From Cladosporium halotolerans (Eukaryota): a DNA stretch of 64,000 nt. Numbering within the stretch: position 1 is the stretch's first letter; every line of letters starts with the position of its first letter. Where the stretch lies: the NCBI RefSeq assembly GCF_011745625.1, contig NW_027191460.1, positions 1 to 64,000 on the forward strand, read 5' to 3'. Both the position numbers and the translations under genes were made by a program. Positions 61,727 through 64,000 of this stretch are shown piece by piece. The notes under the pieces were generated by a model. It was given only the letters and a program-made list of their open reading frames with translations. It was not told the origin of the DNA and ran no database searches.

Positions 61727-62948
61727 ATGTCGTACAAGTCTCCCGCGCCCACTCCCTCGAACCCGCTCCCTGCCTCCACCGAGCCACAGGCGCAAGCACA
61801 GAATGCAGCGACAGGATCTCCTTCGGCGCAAGCAGTCGCCGCACAGCAGAGCGACAATGTAGCACACGCGCTCGCAGGCGCCGGAGGTGGACTGCTGTCG
61901 ATGGCCCTCACGTCCGTCCAACCCGCAAGAAGGATTGAAGTCTGAGATGGGATCGCTGAGACGAGAGCAGATACCCCCTGATTACATTGTCGACCAGAGC
62001 GCAGGTTGAGTCTAAGAAGGCCGACACGAACGTCGTCCAGGCTATCAAGAGGATCCTCGAACGCGAAGGTCTGGGCGGTCTGTATGCCGGGCTGGAGAGT
62101 GCCTTGTTCGGTATCACTGTTACCAACTTTGTGTACTACTACTGTGAGCATGGCCATCACCACATCAATGCCAGAGCGTCTCCGCTAATGCACTCGGACA
62201 GGGTACGAGTTCACTCGGGCCTACTTTACCAGGACCATGCAGAGGTCTCGTCTAAGCACCCTCGAGTCCATGGCTGCCGGCGCCATCGCTGGCTCGGCTA
62301 CTGTGCTTATCACCAACCCCATCTGGGTGGTCAACACCCGCATGACGGCACGCAAGGAGGAGACCAGCGAGCCCGTCCTCCCCACCAAAGAGGGCGAGGC
62401 TTCCGCTCCGGCCGAGAAGAAGAAAGCGCCCAACACGCTCTCGACCTTCCTTAAGATTATCCGTGAAGACGGCGTCACGCGTCTCTTCGCCGGTGTCCTG
62501 CCGGCTCTCGTGCTGGTCGTCAACCCGATCCTGCAGTACACCATCTTCGAGCAGCTCAAGCAAGTGCTCGAGAAGCGCAGGAAGGTCACCGCACGCGACA
62601 GCTTCCTGCTCGGCGCTCTCGGAAAGCTCGCTGCCACCAGCATCACCTACCCTTACATCACCGTTAAGTCGCGCGCTCACGTTGCCACCGGCGCAGGCAG
62701 CAAGGAGGGCATGACTGCGAGCCTCAAGCGCATTGTGAGGGAGGAGGGCGTTGCTGGCCTTTACGGCGGTAGGTCTACATTGACGAGGGGATCCGTAATG
62801 CAAAAGATCCGATTAACTAACCACAATCTCAGGCATCGGACCCAAGGTCACTCAATCAGTGCTCACTGCGGCTTTCCTGTTCGCTTTCAAGGACATCCTT
62901 TACGACGCTACTGTCAAAGCCCGCAGGACTATCTCAAAGAAGGCTTAA
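61727..62948 (+). CDS. Peroxisomal carrier PMP47/SLC25A17-like (mitochondrial carrier family)
   Basis: HALAGAGGGLLSMALT/YPLITLSTRAQ, TNPIWVVNTRM, TYPYITVKSR; introns 61912-61970, 62144-62201 and 62769-62832. Confidence 0.88.
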
Positions 62949-63421
62949 CCCTTCAATATTAGTGGCAATAAGTTCCCTGCGGACTAGTACTGGAGACGAA
63001 TGAATCTCAATCCCTGCATGGACGGCAGACGAGTGGTGGGTACTGTATCTGCAATATATCAGGTTGTCAAATACGGGTGGGAATTGAAGTCAGTTGCAGG
63101 CTTTAGTCGTACAGGGCTAGAAAGGAGCGCTGCAACGTGAGTGTCTTAACGGGAAACAACGGAAGGATCTCCTTAGAAAAGACAAAGCTGCCGGCGTCTG
63201 GATGGTTTGTAATGGCTTATCGTTGTTCGCAAGTAAGATTTAACTTCTCGTTATCAATCTGCGCATATCCTTATCGCGTGTTAAGCCACCAGGAGCACCA
63301 AGCTTCCCTCGTACAGCCGCTGAGCAGGTGCGACAAGACCCGAAACTCTTCCATGGAGCGTAGTTCCCATCGCTAACCTCATTTCGGACGTTCCCAGCCA
63401 TGACTTCGTGGGGTGTCCATC

Positions 63422-63456
63422 TTAGGGTTAGGGTTAGGGTCCTCGGGGTTAGGGTT
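63422..63456 (+). repeat. Interstitial telomere-like TTAGGG repeats
   Basis: TTAGGGTTAGGGTTAGGG followed by GGGGTTAGGGTT. Confidence 0.85.
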
Positions 63457-64000
63457 GGTGTAAGCGGTTGGCCAACTTCGACCCCTTAATATCGCCTCAT
63501 AGTGGCGAGTCATATGTAGAAGAGGCCGAGGAAATGTATTCTATTCATGAAGACGCAATCGTTGCATCGATCGTGGTTTGTTTGCGAAGATAGGGTATGG
63601 AGACGCACAGTTGGTGATCCGTTCAAGTCCATGCTTCGTGAAAGGACACGATACTACCTACAGGTCCCAGATCTCCAGCCATTTTGACCCGCCTTAGCAC
63701 AACACTCTATCGCCCCATTGTCTGACTTGGCTAAGACCGGCCCTGTCAATATTCCCTGCTTTCTCAAAATCGCTTGTCGCGATCGGACGTCTTCATCCAA
63801 AGAACCTCAGCAGGCGCCATGTCAGTTCAGGCGGACTGTCGCATGACTGTCGCTCGCCAGAAGGGCGACAGGCGATAATGGAAGGTGAACGAGTGGCATG
63901 ACTTGTGACAGGGATCGTGAGTGAGGTTGTGATCACGTGCGTTCCCATGCGCAGCTTGCCTCAGGTGATTGCAATGCAACTGGAAGTGAACGCATATGTG

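Noticed and set aside
15317..62948. Peroxisome/ER theme (PEX39, Hook, PMP47, SEY1, EMC7) as a functional cluster
   Set aside because: The genes are scattered over ~50 kb among unrelated housekeeping genes; chance neighbourhood is sufficient.
63422..63456. Telomerase RNA template on the minus strand
   Set aside because: Three or more consecutive repeats are longer than the ~1.5-repeat template expected, and no pseudoknot was recognised.

Overview
Gene-dense, intron-containing DNA from a filamentous ascomycete. Dothideomycetes-like by gene content and splice signals (inference, no database search). About 25 protein genes can be reconstructed: a Zn2Cys6 factor, GPI-type aspartic protease, EMC7, Gfo/Idh/MocA oxidoreductase, PEX39-like, Scd6/Lsm14, thioredoxin-like, GH5, SDR, MFS, RFC4, GH47, an S9-like hydrolase, a Sly41-like transporter, SEY1, MARVEL, a sterol glucosyltransferase-like GT, a Pumilio protein, Hook, a Myb factor, tubulin cofactor B, Mif2/CENP-C, Abp2-like, PMP47-like and several orphan F-box-like proteins. 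The most striking unexplained signal is an intergenic pair of diverged tandem copies of a ~550-700 nt non-coding element (~7240-7975 and ~8185-8795). The copies share sequence blocks and helices with compensatory and G-U changes, so this is a candidate large structured RNA that I could not assign to a known family. Other notable items: an intronic snR52-like C/D snoRNA in scd6; a probable GUG-initiated Myb factor behind an 828-nt ATG-free stretch; two long structured introns (TBCB, mif2); a GC-AG intron inside a zinc cluster; a 97-bp exact duplication that frameshifts a hydrolase; and recurrent C-rich to G-rich skew switches. Splice sites and RNA helices were read by eye.
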